The translations under genes were made by a program, and so were the position numbers. Shown piece by piece: positions 1 through 10,259 of a DNA stretch of 64,000 nucleotides. Location of the stretch: positions 2,226 to 66,225 of the forward strand of contig JBQCIS010000114.1 in assembly GCA_051953515.1 (NCBI GenBank). The letters run 5' to 3'. This DNA is from Mucilaginibacter sp. (GTDB lineage Bacteria > Bacteroidota > Bacteroidia > Sphingobacteriales > Sphingobacteriaceae). Under the pieces are notes generated by a model. That model saw only the letters and a list, made by a program, of their open reading frames with translations, was not told the origin of the DNA and made no database searches. Numbering within the stretch: position 1 is the stretch's first letter; each line of letters begins with the position of its first letter.

Positions 1-1
1 A

Positions 2-643
2 AATGCTTACAAAGCACAGGGCGACAATACCCGCTTGAACTGGACGATAATGAGAAACGGCTATCCGGTTGCAGGCGATCCGAATAACCCTATATTTAAC
101 GGTGATCCGTCACAGTGCAAATCTGCACGTTATAACAGAAAAATATATGTTCCCCGCGCGGAAAGAACACCGGGAGGTTCATACACTAAGGATCACATTT
201 ATTTACGTATGGCAGATGTATATCTGATGAATGCTGAAGCTGCTGCCATGCTGCAAAACTCCTCACAAGCATTAAATTCACTGAAAGTTGTACGCAGCAG
301 GGTTGGCCTTTCCACAGATATGACACTAACCGGTTGGAATCTCATCAATGCTGTACGCAACGAAAGAAGATTAGAGCTTGCCCTTGAAGGGGATAGATTG
401 TATGATCTCAGAAGATGGAAAGATGAAAACGGGCAGCCGGTAATTAACAGTGTTATGGGCCCTAACGGTAGTTTTGTTTTGTATAATACCAAAACAAGCA
501 CTGACCCTTATGAAACCACTAATGCCAGCGAAGCCCAGAACAAGGGATATTATTTCGTGGCTGGAAAGTCGAATTTATGGCCTATTCCAAACAGTGAGAT
601 CACAGCTTCACAAGGCCGGATATCGCAAAATCCCGGTTGGTAA
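2..643 (+). CDS. SusD/RagB-family outer-membrane nutrient-binding protein, C-terminal part (5' end lies upstream of the window)
   Basis: Frame 2 is open from nt 2; the track ORF at 35 is only the first ATG. The C-terminus NLWPIPNSEITASQGRISQNPGW matches the SusD-family ending seen again at 21347 (IFPIPQPQLDADHALQQNPVWN) and 46389 (YPLPAQELSLNPKLVQNPGW). Confidence 0.85.
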   Translation, partial: NAYKAQGDNTRLNWTIMRNGYPVAGDPNNPIFNGDPSQCKSARYNRKIYVPRAERTPGGSYTKDHIYLRMADVYLMNAEAAAMLQNSSQALNSLKVVRSRVGLSTDMTLTGWNLINAVRNERRLELALEGDRLYDLRRWKDENGQPVINSVMGPNGSFVLYNTKTSTDPYETTNASEAQNKGYYFVAGKSNLWPIPNSEITASQGRISQNPGW

Positions 644-651
644 ACAATAAT

Positions 652-680
652 GGCGCGGTTTTAATGACCGCGCCTCCTTT
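652..680 (+). terminator. Rho-independent terminator-like hairpin after the SusD gene
   Basis: GGCGCGGT (652-659) pairs with ACCGCGCC (667-674): 8-bp GC stem, 7-nt loop, then a T-rich tract. It starts 9 nt after the stop codon. Confidence 0.55.
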
Positions 681-702
681 ATAATTTTTAAAACATTCAC
701 CT

Positions 703-2340
703 GTGAAAGCAAGGCTATTTTTATTGGTTTTAATATTTAGTGCAACCACTTTCTGTTCTTGCAGTAAGCATGTTATTGCTCCGGCTGTTGGTAATAATTG
801 TTTATATAAAGGTGTAGATACCTGCCAGCAACCAATTGCTAATATCACTATAAGTGGGCTTAAAACTTATCAAACCATTACTGGTTTCGGCGCCTCTGAC
901 TGCTGGACAACAAAGTTTGTAGGTAATTGGGCAAATACTTCGAAAAAAAATCAGATCGCAGATTATCTTTTCAGTACAGATACGGATAAATCAGGAAATC
1001 CGGTCGGCATTGGTTTATCAATTTGGCGGTTTAATATTGGTGCCGGTAGTTACGAACAAGGCGATACGAGCGGCATTGCTGATGTTTACCGTAGAGAAGA
1101 GTGCTTTCTGGCACCGGATAGCACATGGAACTGGAATAAGGAGTCGGGGCATCAATGGTTCCTGAATGCGGCTAAAGTACGCGGCGTTAAAACATTTCTT
1201 GCCTTTGCAATTTCTCCGCCGGTGCAATATACTGTTAACCACAAAGCATACGGTTTAGGCAACAGTCAGTTTAATCTGTTACCCAATAAATACAATTCCT
1301 ATGCAGATTTCCTGGTAACAGTAGCAAAGCATTTTAATGATAATGGTATCCCATTCAAATTTATTAGCCCGGTAAATGAGCCGCAATGGGATTGGGGAGC
1401 AAGCCCCTCGCAAGAGGGAACAGGTGCAACAAACGCGCAAACAGCAAAATTTATACGTATTTTAGGTCCTAAACTCTCTGCATCTGGTTTGTCATCAACA
1501 ATAGCGTTAGGGGAGGCTAATCAATGGAATTCCTTATATGGCAATAATCCGGACGGACGTGGCGATCAGATCAAGCAGTTTTTCGATCCTGCTTCACTAA
1601 ATTATATTGGTAATGTTCCGGCTTTGGCCCATCTCATTTCAGCACATAGTTATTTTACCACTTGCCCTGATACCTCATTGGTAAATTACCGCGAGAACGT
1701 GTTCAACAGAAAAAATCAGATTGCACCGTCGCTGGAACTGTGGCAATCAGAATTTGGTATTTTACAGAACATCTGTGGCATTTACAACGGTGCCCCAAGA
1801 AATACTTCAATTGATTATGGTTTATATGTGGCAAAGGTTATTCATAATGATATAGCCATTGCCGGCGTTTCATCCTGGCAGTGGTGGTTAGGTATCGATA
1901 CCTATAACTATAGCGACGGCCTCGTTTATATCAATGATCTATCGGGGGGCTATGACCTGAACGCTATGCAAACAGACGGGATCGTGCAGGATTCCAAACA
2001 GCTTTGGTGCCTCGGAAATTTTTCACGTTTTATCAGACCTGGAATGATACGTATCGATGCAGCAATAAGTTCAGCCAGTAACCCGGTTTCGGCTGCAGCC
2101 ACACAAATGGTATCAGCCTATAAAGATGTTAATACCAAACAATTTGTTATCGTGGTCATTAATATGGAAGCAGGGGCCAGACAGGTTCGTCTTAATTTTT
2201 CAGACTTGGATCTTGCTTCGGATAATCTTACCTTATATACCACTTCGGTTGGCAAAAGCTTACAAAAATCAACAACCCAAACGGGCATTATTAATATTGA
2301 TGCCAAATCGGTGACAACCATCACCGGATATTATAAATAA
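703..2340 (+). CDS. Glycoside hydrolase family 30-like (clan GH-A O-glycosyl hydrolase, beta-1,6-glucanase/glucosylceramidase-like) lipoprotein
   Basis: GTG start followed by a lipoprotein-type signal (LIFSATTFCSC). Motifs ITGFGASDCW, ISPVNEPQW (NEP acid/base) and LWQSEFG (candidate nucleophile), plus a C-terminal beta-sandwich segment. Confidence 0.7.
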   Translation: MKARLFLLVLIFSATTFCSCSKHVIAPAVGNNCLYKGVDTCQQPIANITISGLKTYQTITGFGASDCWTTKFVGNWANTSKKNQIADYLFSTDTDKSGNPVGIGLSIWRFNIGAGSYEQGDTSGIADVYRREECFLAPDSTWNWNKESGHQWFLNAAKVRGVKTFLAFAISPPVQYTVNHKAYGLGNSQFNLLPNKYNSYADFLVTVAKHFNDNGIPFKFISPVNEPQWDWGASPSQEGTGATNAQTAKFIRILGPKLSASGLSSTIALGEANQWNSLYGNNPDGRGDQIKQFFDPASLNYIGNVPALAHLISAHSYFTTCPDTSLVNYRENVFNRKNQIAPSLELWQSEFGILQNICGIYNGAPRNTSIDYGLYVAKVIHNDIAIAGVSSWQWWLGIDTYNYSDGLVYINDLSGGYDLNAMQTDGIVQDSKQLWCLGNFSRFIRPGMIRIDAAISSASNPVSAAATQMVSAYKDVNTKQFVIVVINMEAGARQVRLNFSDLDLASDNLTLYTTSVGKSLQKSTTQTGIINIDAKSVTTITGYYK

Positions 2341-2344
2341 CACC

Positions 2345-5077
2345 ATGAATAGATTATTCATTATACTCTTTTCAATTCTTTGCCTAAACGCTTTCGCTCA
2401 AGAAAAAAACATGTCTCTTGCCGGATCTTGGCATTTAAGGCTTGATTCGGCTGATATAGGTATACGCGAAAAATGGTATCTGAACTTCAAATCAAACCAA
2501 AGCATAAATCTCCCGGGTACACTGGATGACCGTGGAATAGGTAGTGTTCCAAAAGTGGATACATCCACAATAAACCAGGAGGTATTGGAAAGATTAACGC
2601 GCCGGCACCAATATACCGGGGCGGCTTGGTATTCGCGGCAATTTTCTACCAATGAAGGAGGTTCATTCGAAATCAGTTTAGAACGTGTGATCTGGAAAAC
2701 CGATTGCTGGATTGATGGCATTTATATTGGTTATCAGAACGGACTGACCGGCCCTCAGCGATTTATGGTCAACAATCTTAAGAAAGGGAAGCACGAAATT
2801 GTTCTGAGAATAGATAACCGGAAGCAATTTGACATTAGTTATGACAACATGGCGACTGCCTATACCAATGAAACCCAAATTATTTGGAATGGTGTATTAG
2901 GCGCGATCCGGCTTACTCATCTGAAAAATGTCGATATTAAAGACCTTCAGGTTTATCGGGAGGCGATGCAAAATACTGTTATCGTAAAAACAACTTTGGG
3001 CAACGTTGAGCAAAAAAAGCAAACTGTCAGTTTAAAAGTTCAGGTATTTGATGGGGAAAACCGGATAGCATCCAAAAACAGCAAATGCGTGATGGACGAT
3101 TCGCTGTACAAAAATGAATGTTATTTCAAATTCAGTAGGCTTAAACTATGGGACGAATTTCATCCGCATTTGTATACTATTAAAGTTGCCGTCTTAAATG
3201 ATCAGGGAGCCGTTATTGCGAGTCAGGCAATAAAAACAGGTTTCAGGAGTCTAACCAATTTAAACAGCAAAATACAAGTTAACGGGCGCAGAATATTTTT
3301 GCGCGGCACACTTGATTGTAATGTTTATCCATTGAAAGGATACGCTCCAATGGATGCAAAAGGATGGCGGCAAGTGTTTTCCACTGCAAAAAACTACGGA
3401 CTCAATCATATTCGTTTCCATTCCTGGTGCCCTCCGGAGGCGGCCTTCGCAGTAGCAGATTCCATGGGCTTTTACTTGCATGTTGAATTGCCACTGTGGA
3501 GTTTAAGTGTAGGTAAGGACAAACCAACCCTTCAATTCTTACAGGCAGAGGCTGAAAGGATCATTCATAACTATGGCAATCACCCTTCATTTTGTTTTTG
3601 GAGCATGGGCAATGAACTGGAAGGAGATTTTAACTGGTTGAATAATTTGGTACAGGTTCTGAAGGCAGAAGACCCAAGGCATCTTTACACCAGTTCAACG
3701 TTTAGTTTTCAGAAAGGACATGGCACATGGCCCGAACCTGTTGCCGATTATTTTGTAACGCAGTACACCAAAAATGGTTGGGTGAGGGGACAAGGGATAT
3801 TTAATACTACCCCGCCAAATTTCCAGACGGATTACACTAAAGCTGTAAACAACATTCCGGTTCCGCTGATCATACACGAGATGGGGCAATATTCGGTTTA
3901 TCCTGATTTAAGTGAAATAAAAGATTATACCGGTGTGTTGGCTCCCAACAATTTTAAGGCGATAAGGCATGACCTGGCTATTAAGAACATGCTGGCGTTG
4001 GATAGTCAATTTGTTCAGGCCAGCGGAAAGCTTGCCCTGCTTTTATATAAAGAAGAAATAGAACGTGCATTGAAAACGAATGGTATTAGCGGATTTCAAT
4101 TACTTGACCTTCATGATTTCCCCGGGCAGGGAACAGCATTGGTGGGCTTGCTCAATGCTTTCTGGAAAAGTAAAGGTTTGATATCGCCAGGCGATTTCAG
4201 GATGTTTTGTTCGCCGATAGCTCCATTGCTCCGGTTTAAAAAAGCAAGTTATGCCAATACCGAAACATTTACTGCGGCAGCACAAATAGCAAACTTCGGT
4301 CCCAAAGCTTTTAAGACTGCGGCCGAATGGGCGGTGTATGATGCAAGGGGCCGGATTATTTTTGGCGGGAAATTAAGAAAGCAAACTGTGGCGATAGGTA
4401 ATCAAAACGCTCTTGGAAATTTATCATTCAACCTCAGTCGTTTCAAAACCGCCCAGCAGCTTAGCATCAAGCTTTTTATTCCGGGAACCACTGTCGAAAA
4501 TCAGTGGCGGATATGGGTATACCCTTCGGTATTACAATATGAGGCTAAACAGGTTAAATTTACAACATCTCCTGATGAGGCGCTTAAATACCTGGCAGAC
4601 GGTGATCGTGTAATACTCAACCCGGATACGGCAAAAATTGCAGGAATTAAAGGCCGGTTTGCACCTGTTTTCTGGAGCCCGATCCATTTTTCAGATCAAC
4701 CCGGCACCATGGGGCTGTTGTGCGATGTTAAGGCTCGGGCTTTGCAACATTTTCCTACTGCCGAATTTAGCGATTGGCAGTGGTGGGATCTGGTAACTTT
4801 TTCAAAGGCATTAGTAATTGATAGCATAAATTATAAAACGCCGCCAATTGTACGTGTGATTGATAATTTTTTCAAGAATAAAAAGCTGGCTGATATTGTT
4901 GAATTTAGAGTAGGCAACGGAAGACTGATCTTATGTTCAATGGATATTCACACGAATTTGGAGAACAGGATTGAGGCAAGGCAATTAAGATATAGCTTGA
5001 TGGAATATGCAAACGGGAATCAGTTTAACCCCCAAACCGAACTTGGCGCGAATGAATTAAAACGGTTCTTTAAATGA
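2345..5077 (+). CDS. Glycoside hydrolase family 2-like protein (sugar-binding jelly roll + TIM barrel + C-terminal domains)
   Basis: Signal peptide. NHIRFHSWCPPE, HPSFCFWSMGNELEG (acid/base) and PLIIHEMGQY (nucleophile) are in GH2 order. Only a 4-nt gap to the GH30-like gene. Confidence 0.75.
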   Translation: MNRLFIILFSILCLNAFAQEKNMSLAGSWHLRLDSADIGIREKWYLNFKSNQSINLPGTLDDRGIGSVPKVDTSTINQEVLERLTRRHQYTGAAWYSRQFSTNEGGSFEISLERVIWKTDCWIDGIYIGYQNGLTGPQRFMVNNLKKGKHEIVLRIDNRKQFDISYDNMATAYTNETQIIWNGVLGAIRLTHLKNVDIKDLQVYREAMQNTVIVKTTLGNVEQKKQTVSLKVQVFDGENRIASKNSKCVMDDSLYKNECYFKFSRLKLWDEFHPHLYTIKVAVLNDQGAVIASQAIKTGFRSLTNLNSKIQVNGRRIFLRGTLDCNVYPLKGYAPMDAKGWRQVFSTAKNYGLNHIRFHSWCPPEAAFAVADSMGFYLHVELPLWSLSVGKDKPTLQFLQAEAERIIHNYGNHPSFCFWSMGNELEGDFNWLNNLVQVLKAEDPRHLYTSSTFSFQKGHGTWPEPVADYFVTQYTKNGWVRGQGIFNTTPPNFQTDYTKAVNNIPVPLIIHEMGQYSVYPDLSEIKDYTGVLAPNNFKAIRHDLAIKNMLALDSQFVQASGKLALLLYKEEIERALKTNGISGFQLLDLHDFPGQGTALVGLLNAFWKSKGLISPGDFRMFCSPIAPLLRFKKASYANTETFTAAAQIANFGPKAFKTAAEWAVYDARGRIIFGGKLRKQTVAIGNQNALGNLSFNLSRFKTAQQLSIKLFIPGTTVENQWRIWVYPSVLQYEAKQVKFTTSPDEALKYLADGDRVILNPDTAKIAGIKGRFAPVFWSPIHFSDQPGTMGLLCDVKARALQHFPTAEFSDWQWWDLVTFSKALVIDSINYKTPPIVRVIDNFFKNKKLADIVEFRVGNGRLILCSMDIHTNLENRIEARQLRYSLMEYANGNQFNPQTELGANELKRFFK

Positions 5078-5294
5078 TCGTATTAGTAATAAAATAATCC
5101 ATCGTTTGCCAATCTTTATCCATTGCCGCCGAATAGCGATAATCCTATTTTTATAACATAAACTAAAGGAAAGACGGATCTCCTGTCATGTAAATAGGTT
5201 GTTTAATTTATTAAATAATTTTATCCATTTTGTTTTTAATCAGGGCGAATATTGGCCTTACAATCAGATAATTGAGAAGATTTAATTAATATCA

Positions 5295-6653
5295 ATGCAA
5301 ATTACTACGCTAAATAAACCGGTTGAATTTAATTCAGCATACATCATTTTTATATCCTTCATTTCTGCCATGGGCGGTTACCTGTTTGGATTTGACTTTG
5401 CTGTCATTTCCGGGGCGCTGCCCTTTTTGCGTACGGCATTTCATCTAAGTTCATGGTGGGAAGGGTTCTTAACAGGTTCACTTGCACTTGGCTGTATTGT
5501 TGGTTGCCTTGTTGCCGGGAAACTTGCAGATAAATATGGCCGCAGGCCCGGGTTAATTGTCTCGGCTGCAGTATTTGCTGTTTCATCTGTTGGTATGGCA
5601 TTTTCGCCAGGGCTTTCAGTTTTTATTGCTATGCGATTTTCGGCTGGCATTGGTGTTGGAATGGCTTCAATGTTAAGTCCGCTCTACATTGCAGAAATTT
5701 CGCCGGCACATATCAGAGGCCGCAACGTGGCCATCAATCAACTAACAATTGTGTTAGGCATTTTAATAACTAACCTGGTGAATTACCTGATTGCAGGTAA
5801 AGGCCGGGATGTTTGGCGCTTGATGTTTGGCTTAGGTGTGGTACCATCATTACTATTTTTAATAGGTGTGATATTTTTACCCGAAAGCCCAAGATGGCTG
5901 ATTAAAGTTGGTAAGGAAGAAGCGGCTGTTAAAACGCTTACAAAAATTGGTTCTGTTGTTTTTGCAGAGCATACCATGGCTGATATTCATAAATCTGCGC
6001 ATCAGTCAGGTTCTGTTCCTTACAGCGCTGTTTTTGCAAAGGCAGTGCGGCCCGCTGTATTGATTGGGATAACCTTAGCGGTTTTTCAGCAATTATGTGG
6101 GATCAACGTAGTTTTTAATTATACCTCCACAATTTTCAAGTCAGTTGGCGCGAGTCTCGACAGTCAACTTTTTGAGACAGTGGCGATTGGCCTTGTCAAT
6201 ACCTTGTTTACCTTGATCGCGATGTGGCAAGTTGATAAGCTTGGCAGGAAACCATTGATAATGGTTGGTTCACTTGGGCTTGCCATAACTTATGTCATTT
6301 TATCGCTTTTACTGCAAAATAACGCTGCTGCAATATGGGTATCGGTGTTTGTGTTACTTGCAATATGTTTATATGCCTGTTCTCTTGCGCCGGTTACCTG
6401 GGTGTTGATTTCTGAAATATTCCCAAACAATATTCGTGGAGTGGCATCATCAGTAGCTATAGTTAGCCTTTGGATAGCCTATTTCATTCTTGTTTTTACC
6501 TTCCCAATTCTTGCTGAGCACCTCGGCACATATGGGCCATTTTATCTGTATGCAGTGATATGCGTACTGGGATTTTTATTTATCAAATATAAAGTTATAG
6601 AAACCAAGGGCCAGACCCTTGAACAATTAGAGCAAAGTTTTGCAGGACACTAA
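5295..6653 (+). CDS. Sugar-porter family MFS transporter (sugar:H+ symporter type)
   Basis: 12-TM-like hydrophobic profile. Sugar-porter signatures GRRPG, PESPRWL and ETKGQTLEQLE are present. Confidence 0.9.
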   Translation: MQITTLNKPVEFNSAYIIFISFISAMGGYLFGFDFAVISGALPFLRTAFHLSSWWEGFLTGSLALGCIVGCLVAGKLADKYGRRPGLIVSAAVFAVSSVGMAFSPGLSVFIAMRFSAGIGVGMASMLSPLYIAEISPAHIRGRNVAINQLTIVLGILITNLVNYLIAGKGRDVWRLMFGLGVVPSLLFLIGVIFLPESPRWLIKVGKEEAAVKTLTKIGSVVFAEHTMADIHKSAHQSGSVPYSAVFAKAVRPAVLIGITLAVFQQLCGINVVFNYTSTIFKSVGASLDSQLFETVAIGLVNTLFTLIAMWQVDKLGRKPLIMVGSLGLAITYVILSLLLQNNAAAIWVSVFVLLAICLYACSLAPVTWVLISEIFPNNIRGVASSVAIVSLWIAYFILVFTFPILAEHLGTYGPFYLYAVICVLGFLFIKYKVIETKGQTLEQLEQSFAGH

Positions 6654-6654
6654 T

Positions 6655-9600
6655 ATGAATACTATGCAAGTTAAAATCTGGCAGGAAACAATTTCCCTAC
6701 CCACCTATCGTACCGGTGCACCGGACAAGAACCCAATGTTTTTCGAAAACAGGGTATATCAAGGCAGCAGCGGTGTGGTGTATCCTAACCCCGTTATTGA
6801 GAAAATTGAAGATGAAAAAGTTGATATGCCATATAATGCCTTATTTCTGGAAAACGCCTATCTGAAAATAATGATCCTGCCAGAATTAGGCGGACGTGTC
6901 CACATGGCATACGATAAAATTGCTAAACGAAATTTCATCTATTACAATGAGGTTGTTAAACCTGCATTGGTTGGCCTTTGCGGCCCCTGGATATCGGGCG
7001 GAATAGAATTTAACTGGCCTCAACATCACCGGCCAAGTACTTATGACCCCATAGATTTTAAGATGGAAGAAAACCCGGATGGGAGTAAAACCGTTTGGGT
7101 AAATGAGGTTGAAAAAATGTTCCATACTAAAGGTATGGCCGGGTTTACGCTGCATCCTGAAAAAGCCTATCTGGAAATACGCGCACAATTATATAACCGG
7201 ACAAATCTGCCACAAACATTTTTGTGGTGGGCAAACCCCGCAGTAAGCGTTAATGATGATTACCAATCTGTATTTCCTCCGGATGTAAACGCGGTTTTCG
7301 ATCATGGAAAACGTGACGTGTCAACTTTTCCAATTGCGACTGGTGTATACTACAAGGTAGACTATTCACCAGGTACGGATATTTCTAAATACAAGAATAT
7401 TCCTGTTCCCACTTCTTACATGGCTGTTAATTCTAAATATAATTTTGTAGGCGGCTATGAAAATGATACAAGAGCCGGCGTGCTTCATGTTGCAGATCAT
7501 CATGTATCACCGGGCAAGAAGCAATGGACATGGGGTAATGGCGATTTTGGTATTGCCTGGGATAGGAACCTTACCGATAGTAATGGTCCTTACATAGAAC
7601 TGATGACAGGGGTGTTCACGGACAACCAGCCCGACTTTACCTGGTTAATGCCTTATGAGGAAAAATCTTTTGTTCAATATTTTTTGCCTTACAGAGAAGT
7701 TGGACTTGTTAAAAACGCTACCAAAGACATCCTTATCGGATTAGATAACAACAAAAATAAGGTTACATTAACGGTATTTGGCACGTCCATACAAAAATCG
7801 GTAAGGATAGTATTTGCAATTGGTGATAGCCTCGAAATAGATGAGGTAACTGACCTTGCACCTGAAAAAGTTTATACAAAAGAGATCTTATTAAACTCCC
7901 CCGTTGACGACAATAAAATGTCTGTTCGTATATATAATACGAGTGGTAAAGAGGTAATCAGTTATACACCCGGGCTTGATAAAGTTAATCCTGTACCCGA
8001 ACCAGCTAAAGCGGCTTTATTCCCTGAAGAAATAGATACTACCGAAAAGCTTTTTCTTAACGGGCAGCATCTGGAGCAATACCGGCACGCAACTTATAGC
8101 CCGGTGCCATATTATGAAGAGGCATTAAAAAGGGATCCGTCCGATATACGAAATAACAATGCACTTGGGGCCTGGTATTTGCGCCGTGGTAAGTTTGCAA
8201 AGGCAGAGGGCTTGTTTAGGGCGGCAATTAATGCAAGTACTTCAAGAAACCCTAATCCTTATGATAGTGAGCCGTATTACAACCTTGGTTTATCACTAAA
8301 ATATCAATTTAGGTATGATGAGGCCTACGATGCATTTTTTAAAGCCACATGGAGCAGCGCATGGCAGGATAGCGGCTACTATGCTGTAGCGCAAATTGAT
8401 TTATTGCGCGGCGATGCCGGGCTGGCCTTAGATCATATTAACTGGTCAATCGACCGAAATGCGAGAAACGGTAAGGCTTACATGGTAAAAGTGATAGCAC
8501 TAAAGGAACTTGGCCGTATCGAAGAAGCAATTCTTGTCGGCGAGCAGGCTATGAAACGTGATCGTTTTAACTTCAGCACGCTATTTGCTTTAAGCAAGTG
8601 TTATCAGGCATACGGAAACCAAAGCAAGGCGTCTGAGGCATTGGCTTCTTTTGAAACTTTAACAAGGGGCTTTGCGCATACGCTTATTGATTACGCTATT
8701 GAATTCGCCGAGATCGGTTTAATAGAATATGCTATCCAGATATTACAAACCAACTATTCCGAAAACAGCCACGATCCGATGTTAAATTTCTATTTAACAT
8801 TCTATTACAGCCAGATACAGGACGAAAAGAATGCATTACTTTATTCTAATAATTCATTAGCAAGCGATAAGGGTATCAGTTTCGCAAACAGGCTTGAGGA
8901 TATATTAATGTTGCAAGGTTTAATCAGTTACAATAAAAACAATGCGTTAGCCTACTATTATCTGGGTAATCTTTGGTATGATAAAAAACAGTATGAGGAT
9001 GCAATTACAAACTGGCAGCTTTCTTCAAGTTTAGATAGCACTTTTCCGACGGTTTTACGGAACCTGGCTATTGCCGCTTATAATAAGCAGAAGGACCCGG
9101 AAAAAGCAAAATCCTTGTTTGAGAAAGCATTTACGCTCAATCAAAAGGATGCACGCGTGTTGATGGAACTGGATCAACTTTATAAAAAAATAAACGTTGC
9201 GCCGGCAACGCGGCTCAACAAATTGTCAATCCATATCGATACAGTTGGACAGAGAGATGATTTGTATCTCGAAATGATTGCTCTTAACAACTATCTGGGA
9301 AATTTTCCGGGTGCTTACGAAATGATCATTTCAAGAAAGTTTCATCCGTGGGAAGGCGGCGAGGGTAAAGTATCCGGACAATTTATATATAGCTTGATCG
9401 AGATGGCTAAAATTGATATTCAGGAAGGCAATTATCAGGCCGCTGTTAACAAGCTTCAGCAAGCACGGGCTTATCCGGTGAATCTTGGCGAAGGAAAATT
9501 ACCACGCGCGCAAGAAAACGATATTTTTTATTGGCTTGGTTGTGCATTTGAAGGTATTGAAGACAATAAAAAAGCGCATGAATACTGGAAGCTCGCAACC

Positions 9601-10020
9601 ATAGGCCTGAGCGAACCAAGCGCTGCGATGTTTTATAACGATCAACAGCCAGATAAGATATTTTATCAGGGATTGGCATGGTTAAAACTTGGTGACAGAA
9701 ATCGTGCGCTTGCAATTTTTAATAGCCTGATCGAATATGGAGAAAAGCATCTTGATGACACCTTGAAAATCGACTATTTCGCAGTTTCTTTACCTGATCT
9801 GTTGATCTTTGAGGACGACCTGAACAAGCGCAATAAAACGCACTGTCATTACATTTCAGGCTTAGGTTATCTCGGAATAGATGAATTTTCAAAGGCAGAA
9901 GAACTGTTTAATAAAGCCTTGTTGAATGATGCAATGCATTTCGGAGTTAAAACCCATCTGGATTTACTCAAACAGGTTCGCAAAAATAACGAACCGATAA
10001 AATTTAGTCACACAAACTAA
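6655..10020 (+). CDS. Large cytoplasmic DUF5107-like N-terminal domain + TPR-repeat protein (function unknown)
   Basis: In-frame ATG at 6655, 1 nt after the MFS stop; the track start at 6640 is TTG. No signal peptide. N-terminal part: QVKIWQETISLPTY...GGIEFNWPQHH. The C-terminal ~650 aa hold repeated TPR-like helices (YYNLGLSLKYQFRYDEAYDAFFKA, YYYLGNLWYDKKQYEDAITNWQLS). The DUF5107 assignment is from memory of that family. Confidence 0.6.
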   Translation: MNTMQVKIWQETISLPTYRTGAPDKNPMFFENRVYQGSSGVVYPNPVIEKIEDEKVDMPYNALFLENAYLKIMILPELGGRVHMAYDKIAKRNFIYYNEVVKPALVGLCGPWISGGIEFNWPQHHRPSTYDPIDFKMEENPDGSKTVWVNEVEKMFHTKGMAGFTLHPEKAYLEIRAQLYNRTNLPQTFLWWANPAVSVNDDYQSVFPPDVNAVFDHGKRDVSTFPIATGVYYKVDYSPGTDISKYKNIPVPTSYMAVNSKYNFVGGYENDTRAGVLHVADHHVSPGKKQWTWGNGDFGIAWDRNLTDSNGPYIELMTGVFTDNQPDFTWLMPYEEKSFVQYFLPYREVGLVKNATKDILIGLDNNKNKVTLTVFGTSIQKSVRIVFAIGDSLEIDEVTDLAPEKVYTKEILLNSPVDDNKMSVRIYNTSGKEVISYTPGLDKVNPVPEPAKAALFPEEIDTTEKLFLNGQHLEQYRHATYSPVPYYEEALKRDPSDIRNNNALGAWYLRRGKFAKAEGLFRAAINASTSRNPNPYDSEPYYNLGLSLKYQFRYDEAYDAFFKATWSSAWQDSGYYAVAQIDLLRGDAGLALDHINWSIDRNARNGKAYMVKVIALKELGRIEEAILVGEQAMKRDRFNFSTLFALSKCYQAYGNQSKASEALASFETLTRGFAHTLIDYAIEFAEIGLIEYAIQILQTNYSENSHDPMLNFYLTFYYSQIQDEKNALLYSNNSLASDKGISFANRLEDILMLQGLISYNKNNALAYYYLGNLWYDKKQYEDAITNWQLSSSLDSTFPTVLRNLAIAAYNKQKDPEKAKSLFEKAFTLNQKDARVLMELDQLYKKINVAPATRLNKLSIHIDTVGQRDDLYLEMIALNNYLGNFPGAYEMIISRKFHPWEGGEGKVSGQFIYSLIEMAKIDIQEGNYQAAVNKLQQARAYPVNLGEGKLPRAQENDIFYWLGCAFEGIEDNKKAHEYWKLATIGLSEPSAAMFYNDQQPDKIFYQGLAWLKLGDRNRALAIFNSLIEYGEKHLDDTLKIDYFAVSLPDLLIFEDDLNKRNKTHCHYISGLGYLGIDEFSKAEELFNKALLNDAMHFGVKTHLDLLKQVRKNNEPIKFSHTN

Positions 10021-10123
10021 GCGTGGCTCGGAAGTTATAGTAAGAGCAAGTACTGATATAAAACCGGATAATGCTCTGACCAAAAGGGCCTCCAAACGCA
10101 GTTCAAAAATTGGTTAAAATTAC

Positions 10124-10155
10124 AAACGGCCTCTACAATATTGTAGAGGCCGTTT
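10124..10155. terminator. Bidirectional terminator: perfect 32-nt palindrome between convergent genes
   Basis: AAACGGCCTCTACAAT/ATTGTAGAGGCCGTTT is self-complementary over all 32 nt and has A/T runs on both sides. It lies between the + gene ending at 10020 and the - gene ending at 10260. Confidence 0.7.
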
Positions 10156-10259
10156 GCGCGCCAGTGTCCCCCTATAGTGTAATTGGGATTAACACAGTTT
10201 ATTTCGCAGCCGCGTTTATTTTATCAAAAGCTTAGTCGCAATTTGTTGTTGGCGTACCC

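Noticed and set aside
6640-6654. TTG start at 6640 giving a 14-nt overlap of the DUF5107-like gene with the MFS gene
   Set aside because: An in-frame ATG at 6655, 1 nt after the MFS stop, is the simpler start. The choice does not change the interpretation that the two genes are tightly coupled.
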